Positions 19,914 to 29,778 are shown, counted from the stretch's first letter. The stretch: DNA of 64,000 nt from an uncultured Deinococcaceae bacterium (GCA_964252075.1 CAXULY010000006.1:64001-128000); one strand, 5' to 3'. The notes: generated by a model from the letters alone, not told the origin. Numbers and translations: made by a program.

Positions 19914-20839
19914 CGCGCCACCTGCAGGTGCTGTACCGCGGGCCGCTCTCCAGCTGCAATTACGGCTGCCGCTACTGCCCCTTCGCGAAGCACCACGAGA
20001 CGCCCGAGGAGCACGCGCACGACGCGCAGCAACTCGCGCGTTTCGTGGAGTGGGTGCGCACGCGCGACTTCGAGGTGTCCGTGCTGTTCACCCCGTGGGG
20101 CGAGGCGCTGGTGCGGCGCCGCTACCAGGAGGCGATCACGCAGCTGAGCCACCTCCCGCACGTGCGGCGGGTGGCGATCCAGACGAACCTCTCCGGTCGC
20201 CTGGACTGGCTGGCGGCGGCGGACGTGACGCGCGTGGCCCTGTGGGCGACGTACCACCCCACGGAGACGACCCGGGAGCGCTTCCTGGCGCGCTGCCGGG
20301 AGCTGGACCTCGCGGGCGTGCGGTACAGCGTGGGGACGGTGGGTCTCAGGCGCGCCATCGGCGAGATCGAGGCGCTGCGCGCCGAGTTGCCCGCGCGGGT
20401 GTACCTGTGGGTGAACGCGTACCAGGCGGGACCCGGGTACTACGCACCGGAGGACCTGCGGCGCCTCACGCGGGTGGACCCGCTGTTCGCGGTGAACACC
20501 CGCCGGTACCGCACGCGGGGCCGCGCCTGCGGAGCCGGGGAGACGGCGATCAGCGTAGATGGGGACGGCGTGGCGCGCCGCTGTCACTTCATCGAGCGCC
20601 CCATCGGGAACATCTACGACGCGGCGTTCCTGGAGGCGCTCATGCCCAGGCCGTGCAGCCGCGCGACCTGCTCGTGCCACATCGGGTACGTGCACGTGCC
20701 GGACCTCGGGGTGGCGCGGGCCTTCGGTGAGGGCCTGCTGGAGCGGGTGCCGCAGGACCCCCTGTGGGCGGATGAGGCCCTGCTCGCAGAGGTGCTGGCG
20801 ACCGCGTCAGCCTTCCCGGTCGCGGAGCCGCGCGCGTAG
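19910..20839 (+). CDS. STM4011-family radical SAM protein
   Basis: GTGA-coupled start; YRGPLSSCNYGCRYCPFAK, FTPWGEAL, C-terminal Cys cluster CGAG..CHF..CSRATCSCHIG. Confidence 0.88.
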   Translation: MTRHLQVLYRGPLSSCNYGCRYCPFAKHHETPEEHAHDAQQLARFVEWVRTRDFEVSVLFTPWGEALVRRRYQEAITQLSHLPHVRRVAIQTNLSGRLDWLAAADVTRVALWATYHPTETTRERFLARCRELDLAGVRYSVGTVGLRRAIGEIEALRAELPARVYLWVNAYQAGPGYYAPEDLRRLTRVDPLFAVNTRRYRTRGRACGAGETAISVDGDGVARRCHFIERPIGNIYDAAFLEALMPRPCSRATCSCHIGYVHVPDLGVARAFGEGLLERVPQDPLWADEALLAEVLATASAFPVAEPRA

Positions 20840-21481
20840 ATCGCCCAGGTGGCTGAGCGTGAAGTCCGGGCGCCCTGAAAGCTGGGCGGGCCACGCGCGG
20901 CCGCCGCTCAGCCACGCGGCGCACAGGCCCGCGCCCTGCGCGCCGAGCACGTCCGCCTCCGGCTGGTCCCCGACCATCAGGCAGGCTTCGGGGGGCGTGT
21001 TCAGGGCGTGGGCGGCCTGGAGGAACACAGCGGAGTGCGGTTTGCGCGGGCCGCGCGGCGTGCCGACCACCACGGTTTCCAGCAGCGCCCGCAGGCCCGC
21101 ACGGTGCAGTTTCGCGTGCTGCGCGGCGGTCAGGCCGTTGGTGACCGCGCCGACCCGCAGGCCCCGCGCGCGCAGGTCGTGCAGGAGGTCCGCGGCGCCG
21201 CTCGTGGCGCGCGGGCGGGCCCAGAGGTGGCGGTGCACGTCCAGCAGCAGCGCGCCCGCCCCACCGGGCAGAGGAAATTCCCGCGCCAGGGTGGCGGCCA
21301 GCGCGACCCGGTCGCCGCTGCCCTCCGCGTCGAGCTCCAGGTACCGCTCGACATAAGTGCCCCGGCATTCCTGCGAAATCCCCAGGCGTTCCATGTGTCC
21401 GGTCAGGAACGCCGCCAGCGTGGCGCGGCGGTCGATGAGGGTGCCGTCCACGTCGAAGAGCACCGCCCGGATGCGCGTCAC
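20807..21481 (-). CDS. HAD-superfamily hydrolase
   Basis: FDVDGTL, VTNG, RKP, MVGDQPEADVLGA; GTG start 4 bp after upstream stop. Confidence 0.88.
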   Translation of the reverse strand: MTRIRAVLFDVDGTLIDRRATLAAFLTGHMERLGISQECRGTYVERYLELDAEGSGDRVALAATLAREFPLPGGAGALLLDVHRHLWARPRATSGAADLLHDLRARGLRVGAVTNGLTAAQHAKLHRAGLRALLETVVVGTPRGPRKPHSAVFLQAAHALNTPPEACLMVGDQPEADVLGAQGAGLCAAWLSGGRAWPAQLSGRPDFTLSHLGDLRARLRDREG

Positions 21482-21485
21482 CCCG

Positions 21486-22493
21486 TCAGGCTTCGATGAC
21501 GGGGTGGTACGCGCCGGGGTCGTCGAAGCCCGCGAGCCACGCGGCCGCGGCGTGGCAGGAGCGGACGGTGGGCGGGACGCGCAGCACGTAGCGCCGGCCG
21601 GTGGACGGGCAACGCACGCACACCGCGACAAAGTCCTCGTCGCCGTTCAGCGGCACGCTCACCAGCTGCCGCTCGCCGCCCGCGTCGCGGTCGCGGTCCA
21701 GCACGCGCGCCCCGACATCGGCGATGAAGCGGTCGTATCCCATGCGCTCCATCATGACGCGGCGCAACTCCACGTTCTGCGTGGCGAGGACCTCCTCCCC
21801 CGTGATGCCTTCGGGGTGGAAGGCGACGCGCTCATCCACCCGCACGCCCCGCCAGCGCAGGGGCGCGCGGACGGTGTCCGGCAGGGCGCTCAGTCCGGTC
21901 GCGGCGACGTCCACCCACGCGCTGACCTGCAGGTGCTCGGGCAGGGCCGTCAGGCCGACGCAGCCGCTGAGGTCCAGCTGCGCGACCTGCTCCAGCCAGT
22001 CCGGCAGCGCGCGCAGGCTCAGGCAGTCGCGGGCGATGAGGTGCCCGAAGCGCACCCGGCCGCGCTCAGGCCAGCGGGCGAAGGCCTCGCAGCCCGTGAG
22101 GTTCAGGAAGTGCACGTCCAGCCCCTCGGGCAGCGCGGTGAGGACCCGGCAGCGCTGCAGGCTGAGCGCGCCGACCGTGAGGTCGTTGGGGAGGACCTCT
22201 AGGAGCGGGCAGTCGTCGAGCACCAGGCGGTACTTGGCGCGCAGGGTGTCCGGGAGACCGCGCAGGGGCAGGTCGCGGGCGATCAGCTCGTCGCACTGCA
22301 GGTGCTCGGGGAGCTGGGTGAGGTGCGCGCAGCCGCTCACGTCGAGTCGCGCGCAGGTGAGGTGATCCGGGAGGGCGCGCAGGTCCATCTCACCGGACAG
22401 GTCGAGGGGGCCCGTGACGTGCAGGGGACCGCGGACCTGACCGCCCAGCAGGGCGGCGCGGGCCTGCGCGGCGGGGAGGACGTGGGGCGTCAC
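21486..22493 (-). CDS. LRR protein with C-terminal DUF6745-like domain
   Basis: Repeats L.GC..L..LPE.L; C-terminal NVELRRVMMERMG...CPSTGRRYVLRVPP..CHAAAAW. Confidence 0.8.
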   Translation of the reverse strand: MTPHVLPAAQARAALLGGQVRGPLHVTGPLDLSGEMDLRALPDHLTCARLDVSGCAHLTQLPEHLQCDELIARDLPLRGLPDTLRAKYRLVLDDCPLLEVLPNDLTVGALSLQRCRVLTALPEGLDVHFLNLTGCEAFARWPERGRVRFGHLIARDCLSLRALPDWLEQVAQLDLSGCVGLTALPEHLQVSAWVDVAATGLSALPDTVRAPLRWRGVRVDERVAFHPEGITGEEVLATQNVELRRVMMERMGYDRFIADVGARVLDRDRDAGGERQLVSVPLNGDEDFVAVCVRCPSTGRRYVLRVPPTVRSCHAAAAWLAGFDDPGAYHPVIEA

Positions 22494-22496
22494 GCG

Positions 22497-22796
22497 TCAG
22501 TCCACCACGCGCCGGATGACTTCGGGGCTGTACTCGCGCTGCATCCACACCCGGTAGGTGCCGCGCAGCAAGGTGATGGTGCGGTGCTCCTCGTGGATGA
22601 GGTCGGCGTGGTCGTGCATCACCTGCACGAACAGGTCGCCGCCCGCCTGCCGGAGCTGCACGGCAGCGGGCGTGGCGAAGCGGTGGCTGTGCCCGGTGCT
22701 CTCCCCGCGGGCCAATGTGTGTCCGGGCAGTTCGTGCGCGGCGGGTGGGGCGCCCTCGACCAGGGCGAGCAGAACGTCTCCGTGACGGTACAACAT
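22497..22796 (-). CDS. Small His-rich protein (YRHGDV...GESTGHSH...HEEH family), usual partner of DUF6745 proteins
   Basis: AAAGGAG RBS; motifs YRHGDV, LARGESTGHSH, HEEH, QREY. Confidence 0.8.
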   Translation of the reverse strand: MLYRHGDVLLALVEGAPPAAHELPGHTLARGESTGHSHRFATPAAVQLRQAGGDLFVQVMHDHADLIHEEHRTITLLRGTYRVWMQREYSPEVIRRVVD

Positions 22797-22825
22797 GCAG
22801 CTCCTTTCAGATCAGACAAGCGAGA

Positions 22826-22842
22826 TTACGCCGTTAGCGTAA
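22826..22842. promoter_or_regulatory. RDRM (DdrO-binding radiation/desiccation response motif)
   Basis: TTACGCCGTTAGCGTAA, 17-bp palindrome overlapping the minus-strand -10 TACGCT; TTGACA -35 at 22860-22865. Confidence 0.8.
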
Positions 22843-22978
22843 TTGCTTGGGCGATGCGCTGTCAACCACGGGACTCCATGAACACATCTGTCCTCCCCCG
22901 ACCACTTCCCTCTATGTCCATGAAAATTTCCCAGCCAGAAGTGGGTTGACCGCCAGGAACCCTGTGGCGCAGCGCGGC

Positions 22979-23028
22979 TTGACAAAAGAACGCCTGGCTC
23001 CTACTGTGGCTTAACTTCAATCACTGAA
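22979..23028 (+). promoter_or_regulatory. Sigma70 promoter and candidate ROK operator
   Basis: TTGACA(22979)-N17-TACTGT(23002); downstream AT-rich dyad TTCA-N5-TGAA at 23016-23028. Confidence 0.65.
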
Positions 23029-23041
23029 TAAAGAAAGGGGC

Positions 23042-24235
23042 GTGGTGCGTAACCTTCGCGGCAACGATCAGAGCGTCGTCCGGGTCCTCAACCGCAACGC
23101 GGTCCTCAACCTCCTGCACCGGGAAGGACCGCTCAGCCGCGTGCAGCTCAAGACCCTCGCGGGCCTCAGCGGCGCCGCCATCAGCGGCGTGGTCAGCGAC
23201 CTCATCAACGCGCACCTCATCGAGGAGGTCTCGCTGGGCTCCTCCACTGGCGGCCGCCCACCCGTGATGCTCGCCGTGAAGTACAAAGCGCACGCCGCCA
23301 TCGGCATCAAGGTCCGTGACCGCTCCCTCACCGCCGTCCTGACGGACCTCAACGGCGCAATCGGCGCCACCCGCACCGTCACCCTGCCCGACAGTGAACC
23401 GCGCACCGTCGTCACGTCCGCCACGCGCACCGCCCGCGCGCTGCTGCGCGGTCACGCGCAACCACAGTCGCGCCTGGTGGGCGTCGGCGTCGGCCTGCCC
23501 GGCGTGATCGACACCGCGCGGGGCGTGTGCGTGCACTCCACGTACCTGGGGTGGCGCGACGTGCCGCTCGCCGCCATGCTCGGCGACGCGCTCGGCGCGC
23601 CCGTCGTGATAGACAACGACGTGAACGCCTTCGCGACCGCCGAGCGGCTGTTCGGGCACGGTCGGGCCGCCACGCACTTCGCGGTCATCACCGTCGGGCG
23701 CGGCATCGGGGCGGGCCTCATCCTGAACGGCCAGCGGTACGGTGGGCGGGACGGCGGCGCCGGCGAGTTCGGGCACACCATCACCGAACCGGACGGCCTG
23801 CGCTGCGAGTGCGGGCGGCGCGGCTGCCTGGAAGCGTACGCGTCCGAACCGGCGCTCGTGCGCCGCGCGCAGACGGACCTGCCCGACCTGGGCATCGACA
23901 GCGTCGAGGCGCTCCTCGCGCAGCAGGACGACGCGCGCGTGCGGGCGCTCCTCGCGGACGCCGGGCGGCGCGTCGGCGTGCAGCTCGCGAACCTCGTGAA
24001 CCTCCTGAACCCCGAACTGATCGTGATTGGCGGGGAGGGCGTGCGCCTCGGCGAGGCGTACTTCACGCCGCTGCGCGAGGCGGCCCTCGCGGGCGCCTTC
24101 GACGGCCTGGGCCGCGACCTGCCCATCCAGGTGGAGCCGTGGGGTGATGACGCGTGGGCGCGTGGCGCGGCCAGCCTGGCCTTCAACCACCTGTACGACG
24201 TGGAGGTGATGACCCCGTGTACGACCGCGGATTGA
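23042..24235 (+). CDS. ROK family transcriptional repressor
   Basis: N-terminal HTH, GGRPP, DNDVN, GEFGH, CECGRRGCLE. Confidence 0.92.
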   Translation: MVRNLRGNDQSVVRVLNRNAVLNLLHREGPLSRVQLKTLAGLSGAAISGVVSDLINAHLIEEVSLGSSTGGRPPVMLAVKYKAHAAIGIKVRDRSLTAVLTDLNGAIGATRTVTLPDSEPRTVVTSATRTARALLRGHAQPQSRLVGVGVGLPGVIDTARGVCVHSTYLGWRDVPLAAMLGDALGAPVVIDNDVNAFATAERLFGHGRAATHFAVITVGRGIGAGLILNGQRYGGRDGGAGEFGHTITEPDGLRCECGRRGCLEAYASEPALVRRAQTDLPDLGIDSVEALLAQQDDARVRALLADAGRRVGVQLANLVNLLNPELIVIGGEGVRLGEAYFTPLREAALAGAFDGLGRDLPIQVEPWGDDAWARGAASLAFNHLYDVEVMTPCTTAD

Positions 24236-25089
24236 GGCGCTACGCGACCCTCACGCTGTTCCTCGGGCCGGCGCTGGTGGGCGCGGCGGCGTTCCTGATC
24301 GGCCCGATCCTGTCGTCGCTGCTGCTGGCCTTCACGCACTGGGACCTGCTGACGCCCGCACGCTTCGCGGGCCTCGCAAACTTCACGGCGCTGGCGCGCG
24401 ACCCGGAGTTCTGGGCGGCGCTCACGCACACCCTGGGGTTCATCGCGGGGTACGTGCCGGGCGTGATGCTGCTGGGGTTGCTGGTCGCGGTGGCGCTGAA
24501 CAGCCGCGTGCCGGGGCGCTCCCTGTTCCGCGCGGTGTACTTCGTGCCGGTGGTGACGTCCTGGGTGGCGGTGGGGCTGGTGTGGAAGTGGCTCCTGAAC
24601 CCCAGTTACGGCCTCTTCAATGCGGGCCTCGGCGTCCTCGGCGTGGTGGGGCCCGCGTGGCTGTTCGACGCGCGCTGGGCGATGCCCGCCGTGATCCTCA
24701 CGAGCCTCTGGAAGGACACCGGCTTCGTCATGACGATCCTGCTGGCGGGCCTGCAGGGCGTTCCCGAGGAGTACCGCGAGGCCGCCAGCATCGACGGCGC
24801 CAGCGGCGCGCAGCAGCTGTGGTTCATCACGCTGCCGCTGCTCGCGCCATCCCTGGTGTTCGCGCTCACCATCAGCCTCATCAATTCCTTTCAGGTGTTC
24901 GACCAGGTGTACGTCATGACGGGCGGCGGACCCGCCGGGGCAACCACCGTGCTGATCGAGCGGGTGGTGAAGCACGCGTTCAGCTACAACCAGATGGGGT
25001 ACGCCTCCGCGATGTCGTGGGTGCTGTTCGCGCTGGTGTTCCTCACGTCGACGGTCCTCACGCGGCTGCGCGGGCGGTGGTCGGCGTGA
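24217..25089 (+). CDS. Carbohydrate ABC permease
   Basis: EAASIDGA loop, FQVFDQVYVMTGGGP; start at GTG 24217 approximate. Confidence 0.9.
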   Translation: MYDRGLRRYATLTLFLGPALVGAAAFLIGPILSSLLLAFTHWDLLTPARFAGLANFTALARDPEFWAALTHTLGFIAGYVPGVMLLGLLVAVALNSRVPGRSLFRAVYFVPVVTSWVAVGLVWKWLLNPSYGLFNAGLGVLGVVGPAWLFDARWAMPAVILTSLWKDTGFVMTILLAGLQGVPEEYREAASIDGASGAQQLWFITLPLLAPSLVFALTISLINSFQVFDQVYVMTGGGPAGATTVLIERVVKHAFSYNQMGYASAMSWVLFALVFLTSTVLTRLRGRWSA

Positions 25090-25961
25090 GCGTCAGCCGG
25101 TCCCTCACGAACGCCGGAGGGGCGCGCCGCGCGCGCCGCTTCCCGCTCGGCCGGGCGCTCCTCACCGCCGCACTCGCGCTGGGCGGCGTGCTGATGCTGC
25201 TGCCGCTCGCATGGATGCTCGCCACGTCCCTCAAGCCGTCCGGGGACGTCCTGACCCTCCCGCCGCGCCTGATCCCCGCGCACCCCACCCTGCAGGCGTA
25301 CGTGGACGTCGCGCAAAGCTTCCCCATCTGGCGGGTCCTCGCGAACAGCGTGCTGGTCGCGGCGGCCACCACGCTCGGGCAGCTCATCGTGTCCGCGATG
25401 GCCGGGTACGCCTTCGCGCGCTTCGCCTTCAGGGGCCGCGACGCGCTCTTCACGGTGTTCCTCGCGACCCTGATGGTGCCCTTCGCGGTCACCATGACGC
25501 CGCTGTTCATCATCGTGAAGACGCTCGGCTGGACGAACTCCTACTGGGGGCTCATCGTGCCCGCCATGTTCAGCGCCTTCGGCGTGTTCCTGATGCGGCA
25601 GTTCTTCGCGTCCCTCCCCACCGAGCTCGAGGAGGCCGCGACGCTGGACGGCGCGAGCACCTGGCAGACCTTCACGCGCGTGATGCTGCCCCTCACCGGC
25701 CCAGCCCTCGCGACCCTCGGCATCTTCGCCTTCATGGGCTCCTGGAACAACTTCCTGTGGCCGCTGCTCATCGTCTCGGACCCGCGCCTCATGACGCTGC
25801 CGCTGGCGCTCGCCACCCTGCAGGGCATCTACCCCGGCCAGACGCAGTGGAACCTCATCATGGCGGGCACCGTCATCACCGTCACGCCGATGATCCTGGT
25901 GTTCCTCCTCGCACAGCGCTGGGTGGTGGAGGGCATCACCACCAGCGGCCTGAAGGGGTGA
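25086..25961 (+). CDS. Carbohydrate ABC permease
   Basis: EEAATLDGA, WNNFLWPL; GTGA-coupled start. Confidence 0.9.
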   Translation: MSVSRSLTNAGGARRARRFPLGRALLTAALALGGVLMLLPLAWMLATSLKPSGDVLTLPPRLIPAHPTLQAYVDVAQSFPIWRVLANSVLVAAATTLGQLIVSAMAGYAFARFAFRGRDALFTVFLATLMVPFAVTMTPLFIIVKTLGWTNSYWGLIVPAMFSAFGVFLMRQFFASLPTELEEAATLDGASTWQTFTRVMLPLTGPALATLGIFAFMGSWNNFLWPLLIVSDPRLMTLPLALATLQGIYPGQTQWNLIMAGTVITVTPMILVFLLAQRWVVEGITTSGLKG

Positions 25962-26031
25962 TGCCGCTGACGTGACGCCCGACCGCGCGCCCGCTCACCG
26001 TGACCCGCCCCTCACCCTGGAGGTACCGCCC

Positions 26032-27243
26032 ATGAAACGACTGCTGACGCTCGCCCTGCTCTCGGCCCTCGGTTCCGCCCTCGCGCAGACCACCCTGAAC
26101 TTCTCGTCGTTCACGGCGGACGCCACGCACATCGATGACATGCGCGCCCTCATCGCGAGTTTTGAGCAGGCGAACCCCGGCATCAAGGTGAACCTCGTGA
26201 CGGCCCCCTTCGACTCGTACTTCACGAAGCTGCAGACGGACATCGCGGCGGGCAGCGCGCCGGACGTGTTCGAGCTGAACTACGAGAACTTCGTGTCCTT
26301 CGCCAGCAGGAACACCCTGCGGCCCATCCCGACGAGCGCCGCGCTCGGGAAGTCCTTCTACCCGGCGGCGCTGAACGCCTTCAAGTACGCCGGGCAGCAG
26401 CAGGCCCTCCCCATCTCGTTCAGCACCTCGGTGCTCTTCTACAACAAGGACCTGTTCGACAAGGCCGGGCTGAAGTACCCGACCGCGAACTGGAAGTGGG
26501 CGGACGTCATCAACGCGGCGCAGAAACTCAACAACCCCGCGCAGCGCGTGTGGGGCATGTACCAGCCCGTGCAGTTCTGGGAGTTCTACAAGGCGGCGGC
26601 GCAGGCGGGCGGCGGCCTGAAGGTGAGCGGCGGCAGCGTGCAGATCGACACGCCGCAGAACCGCCAGGCGCTGCACTACCTGGTGGACAAGGTGCTCGTC
26701 ACGAAGGTCATGCCGACCGACGCGCAGATGAGCGGCGTCGCGAACGAGGACCTGTTCCTGAACGGCCAGCTCGGCATGCTGGTGAGCGGCATCTGGATGT
26801 TCGACAAGTTCAGCAAGGCGCCCTTCAAGTGGGACATCGCGGTGGAGCCGGGCAGCGCGAAGAAAGCCACGCACTTCTTCGCGAACGCCGTCGCGATCAG
26901 CCGCACCACCCGCAACGCCGCCGCGGCGGAGAAATGGGCGGCGTTCCTCGCGGCCAGCCCCGTGACCGCGCAGCGCCGCATCGCGTCCAGCTGGGAACTG
27001 CCCGCCCTGAGCCTCGCGCAGCGCACGGTGATCGCGCCGTACCTCGCCAAGACGCCCCCCGCGAACCGCGAGGCGGTCTTCGATTCCCTGCAGTACGTGA
27101 TCACCCCGCCGGTCGTGGCGCAGCAGTCGCAGCTGCAGGACATCGTGAATCAGGAACTGCAGGCCGCCGCGCTCGGGCAGAAGACCGTCGAGCAGGCCCT
27201 CGCGAGCGCCCAGCAGCGCGTTCAGGGCCTGCTGCAGAAGTGA
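26032..27243 (+). CDS. Carbohydrate ABC substrate-binding protein
   Basis: GGAGG RBS, signal peptide, APDVF, LFYNKDLFDKAG. Confidence 0.9.
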   Translation: MKRLLTLALLSALGSALAQTTLNFSSFTADATHIDDMRALIASFEQANPGIKVNLVTAPFDSYFTKLQTDIAAGSAPDVFELNYENFVSFASRNTLRPIPTSAALGKSFYPAALNAFKYAGQQQALPISFSTSVLFYNKDLFDKAGLKYPTANWKWADVINAAQKLNNPAQRVWGMYQPVQFWEFYKAAAQAGGGLKVSGGSVQIDTPQNRQALHYLVDKVLVTKVMPTDAQMSGVANEDLFLNGQLGMLVSGIWMFDKFSKAPFKWDIAVEPGSAKKATHFFANAVAISRTTRNAAAAEKWAAFLAASPVTAQRRIASSWELPALSLAQRTVIAPYLAKTPPANREAVFDSLQYVITPPVVAQQSQLQDIVNQELQAAALGQKTVEQALASAQQRVQGLLQK

Positions 27244-27289
27244 TGCGCCCGCGACCCACCCCCCTTCCCCGCCGTGGAGGCCGCCCCGC

Positions 27290-29653
27290 ATGACCGCGTC
27301 CGTTCAGACCCTCACCATCACGCACGAGCCGCACGGCATCGACGACCCGTACAAGCGCCTCCCCACCGAACGCGACCCGCGCGACCCGCAGCCCGGCGAC
27401 ACCGTCCGCGTGGCCTTCCAGGCGGACGCCGAGCAGGCCAGCGTGCGCGTCACCGATTCGGTCGGTGAGCGCGAGGTGCCCGCCGTCGCCCTCGGCGGCG
27501 GGCAGTGGGCCGCGACGCTCGGGGAGGTCGCCTCCGGGACCACCACCTACCGCATTCACGCGGCGCGTGGCGAGGTGCAGGAGAGCAGCGCGCCCTACAC
27601 CTTCACGGTCGGCCACTGGCAGCACGTGACGGGCGTGCGGCGCGCGTGGGCGGGCGCGGACCGCGCCCTGCTGGCCCTCGACACCGAAAGCGGCGTCGCG
27701 TGCGTCCAGCTGAGCATCGAGCGGAGCGGCGTCTGCGCGCTGCGCTTCACCACCGACCCACCCGAGCCCGGTGACCTGCCAGAGGTGCCCGCTGACCTGC
27801 ACCTCACCGCGCTCGGCACCAGCGTCCATGTGGACCCGCAGGCCCTCACCGTCACGTGTGCGCTCTCTGGTGGCGGTGCGGCGACCGCGTCCCTCGCGCT
27901 GCGCTGGCTCGCGGACTCGGACGGCCTGGAGGTCACCGAGGTGCAGCTCCCCCTTGACCCGCACGAGGCGCTGTACGGCCTGGGGGAACGCTTCGACGGC
28001 GCGGACCGCCGCGGGAAGGTGTACGACGTGCGGGTGTACGAGGAGTACAAGGAGCAGGGCCCCCGCACGTACCTGCCAGTGCCGTTCGTGGTGTCGGACC
28101 GCGCGTGGGGCGCGTGGCTGGCGCACGAGGAACCCAGCACCTTCGACCTGCGCGGCGACCAGCTGACCATCACCGTGCAGCGCCTCCCGCACGCGCCCGC
28201 CACGCTCGACCTGTACCTGATGGCCGCCGAACGACCCTACGGCGTCACCGCGACCTTCACGGCCCTCACGGGCGGCCTCGCCCTCCCGCCCCGCTGGGCG
28301 TTCGGGCCGTGGATGTCCAGCAACGACTGGAACTCCCAGGCGCGCACCCTGCGCGAGGTGCGCCGCACCCTCAGCGAGGACGTCCCCGCCACGGTGCTGG
28401 TGCTCGAGGCGTGGAGCGACGAGAGCACCTTCTACATCTTCAACGACGCGCGCTACACCCCCACGGGCGGCGACGCGCCCCTCACGCTGCGGGACTTCAC
28501 CTTCGGGGGGCGCTGGCCGGACCCGAAGGCCCTCGTTGACGAGTGCCACGCGGCGGGCATCCACGTGCTGCTGTGGCAGATCCCCGTGCAGAAACGCCTG
28601 GAGGAACCGCACGCGCAGCACGACGCGGACGAACGCGTGATGCTGGACCGCGGGTACGCGATCCGCGCCCAGGACGGGTCCGCGTACCGCTGCCGCGGCT
28701 GGTGGTTCACGGACGGCCTCGTGATGGACTTCAGTCACCCCGGGGCGCGCGACTGGTGGTTCGCGAAACGCCAGTACCTCCTCGACGAACTGGGCATCGA
28801 CGGCATGAAGACCGACGGCGGCGAGCACCTGTGGGGCCGCGACCTGCGCGCGCACGACGGGCGGCGCGGCCTCGCCCTGTACAACGCCTACAGCAACGGG
28901 TACGTCGGCGCGTACCACGACTTCATCCTGGCGCGCACGCGCGGCGAGGGCCTCACCTTCTCCCGCGCCGGGTACACCGGCGCGGGCCGCACGCCCGGGC
29001 ACTGGGCGGGCGACGAGAACAGCACCTGGGACGCGTACCGGCACAGCATCCAGGCGGGCCTCTCGGCGGGCGTGAGCGGCGTGAGCCTGTGGGCGTGGGA
29101 CATCGCGGGCTTCAGCGGTGACGTCCCCACCGCGGAGCTGTACCTGCGCTCCACCGCCTTCGCGACCTTCTGCCCCCTCATGCAGTACCACAGCGAGTTC
29201 AACCCCGTCACGGAGAACCGCGACCGCACCCCCTGGAACATCGCCGAGCGCACCGGCGACCCCCGCGCGCTGGACGTGTACCGGCGCTACGCGCAGCTGC
29301 GCATGCGCCTCCTCGATGACCTGCACGAGGAAGCGCGGCACGCGACGGAAACGGGCGCGCCCCTCATGCGCTACCCGGCGCTGGAGTACCCGGAGGCGCG
29401 GGCGTTCCTCACACAGGACCCGCACGCGTACCTGTTCGGCCGGGACCTGCTGGTGTGCCCCGTCGTGGAGAAGGGCGCGCTGGCGCGCGAGGTGATCCTC
29501 CCGCCCGGCGACTGGACGGACCTGTGGTCCGGCAGTGACTTCAGCGGGAACGCCCGCTGGGTGGTGCCCGCGCCGCTCGACCGCATCCCGGTGTTCGTGC
29601 GGCGCGACAGCCCGCGCCGCGCCGCCCTCCTCACGGCTGCCGCGGCATTCTGA
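27290..29653 (+). CDS. GH31 glycoside hydrolase, 1,3-alpha-isomaltosidase / cycloalternan-degrading type
   Basis: YGLGERF, LEAWSDE, GIDGMKTDGGE (nucleophile), WAGDENS, WDIAGFSG, MQYHSE. Confidence 0.8.
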   Translation: MTASVQTLTITHEPHGIDDPYKRLPTERDPRDPQPGDTVRVAFQADAEQASVRVTDSVGEREVPAVALGGGQWAATLGEVASGTTTYRIHAARGEVQESSAPYTFTVGHWQHVTGVRRAWAGADRALLALDTESGVACVQLSIERSGVCALRFTTDPPEPGDLPEVPADLHLTALGTSVHVDPQALTVTCALSGGGAATASLALRWLADSDGLEVTEVQLPLDPHEALYGLGERFDGADRRGKVYDVRVYEEYKEQGPRTYLPVPFVVSDRAWGAWLAHEEPSTFDLRGDQLTITVQRLPHAPATLDLYLMAAERPYGVTATFTALTGGLALPPRWAFGPWMSSNDWNSQARTLREVRRTLSEDVPATVLVLEAWSDESTFYIFNDARYTPTGGDAPLTLRDFTFGGRWPDPKALVDECHAAGIHVLLWQIPVQKRLEEPHAQHDADERVMLDRGYAIRAQDGSAYRCRGWWFTDGLVMDFSHPGARDWWFAKRQYLLDELGIDGMKTDGGEHLWGRDLRAHDGRRGLALYNAYSNGYVGAYHDFILARTRGEGLTFSRAGYTGAGRTPGHWAGDENSTWDAYRHSIQAGLSAGVSGVSLWAWDIAGFSGDVPTAELYLRSTAFATFCPLMQYHSEFNPVTENRDRTPWNIAERTGDPRALDVYRRYAQLRMRLLDDLHEEARHATETGAPLMRYPALEYPEARAFLTQDPHAYLFGRDLLVCPVVEKGALAREVILPPGDWTDLWSGSDFSGNARWVVPAPLDRIPVFVRRDSPRRAALLTAAAAF

Positions 29654-29778
29654 GCGCACGACACCAGGGAGAGATGGTCCGGTGGGGCGCAATGTGACCG
29701 CACACCACCCCGCTCGGGGCGCGCGTCCGCCTCCTCCATCCACGCGCCCCGCTGGTCCTTTTCGGCGACAATGGCCGG

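Noticed and set aside
21486..22796. Prophage remnant (YRHGDV/DUF6745-type genes also occur in phages, from recall)
   Set aside because: No integrase, structural genes or att-like repeats nearby
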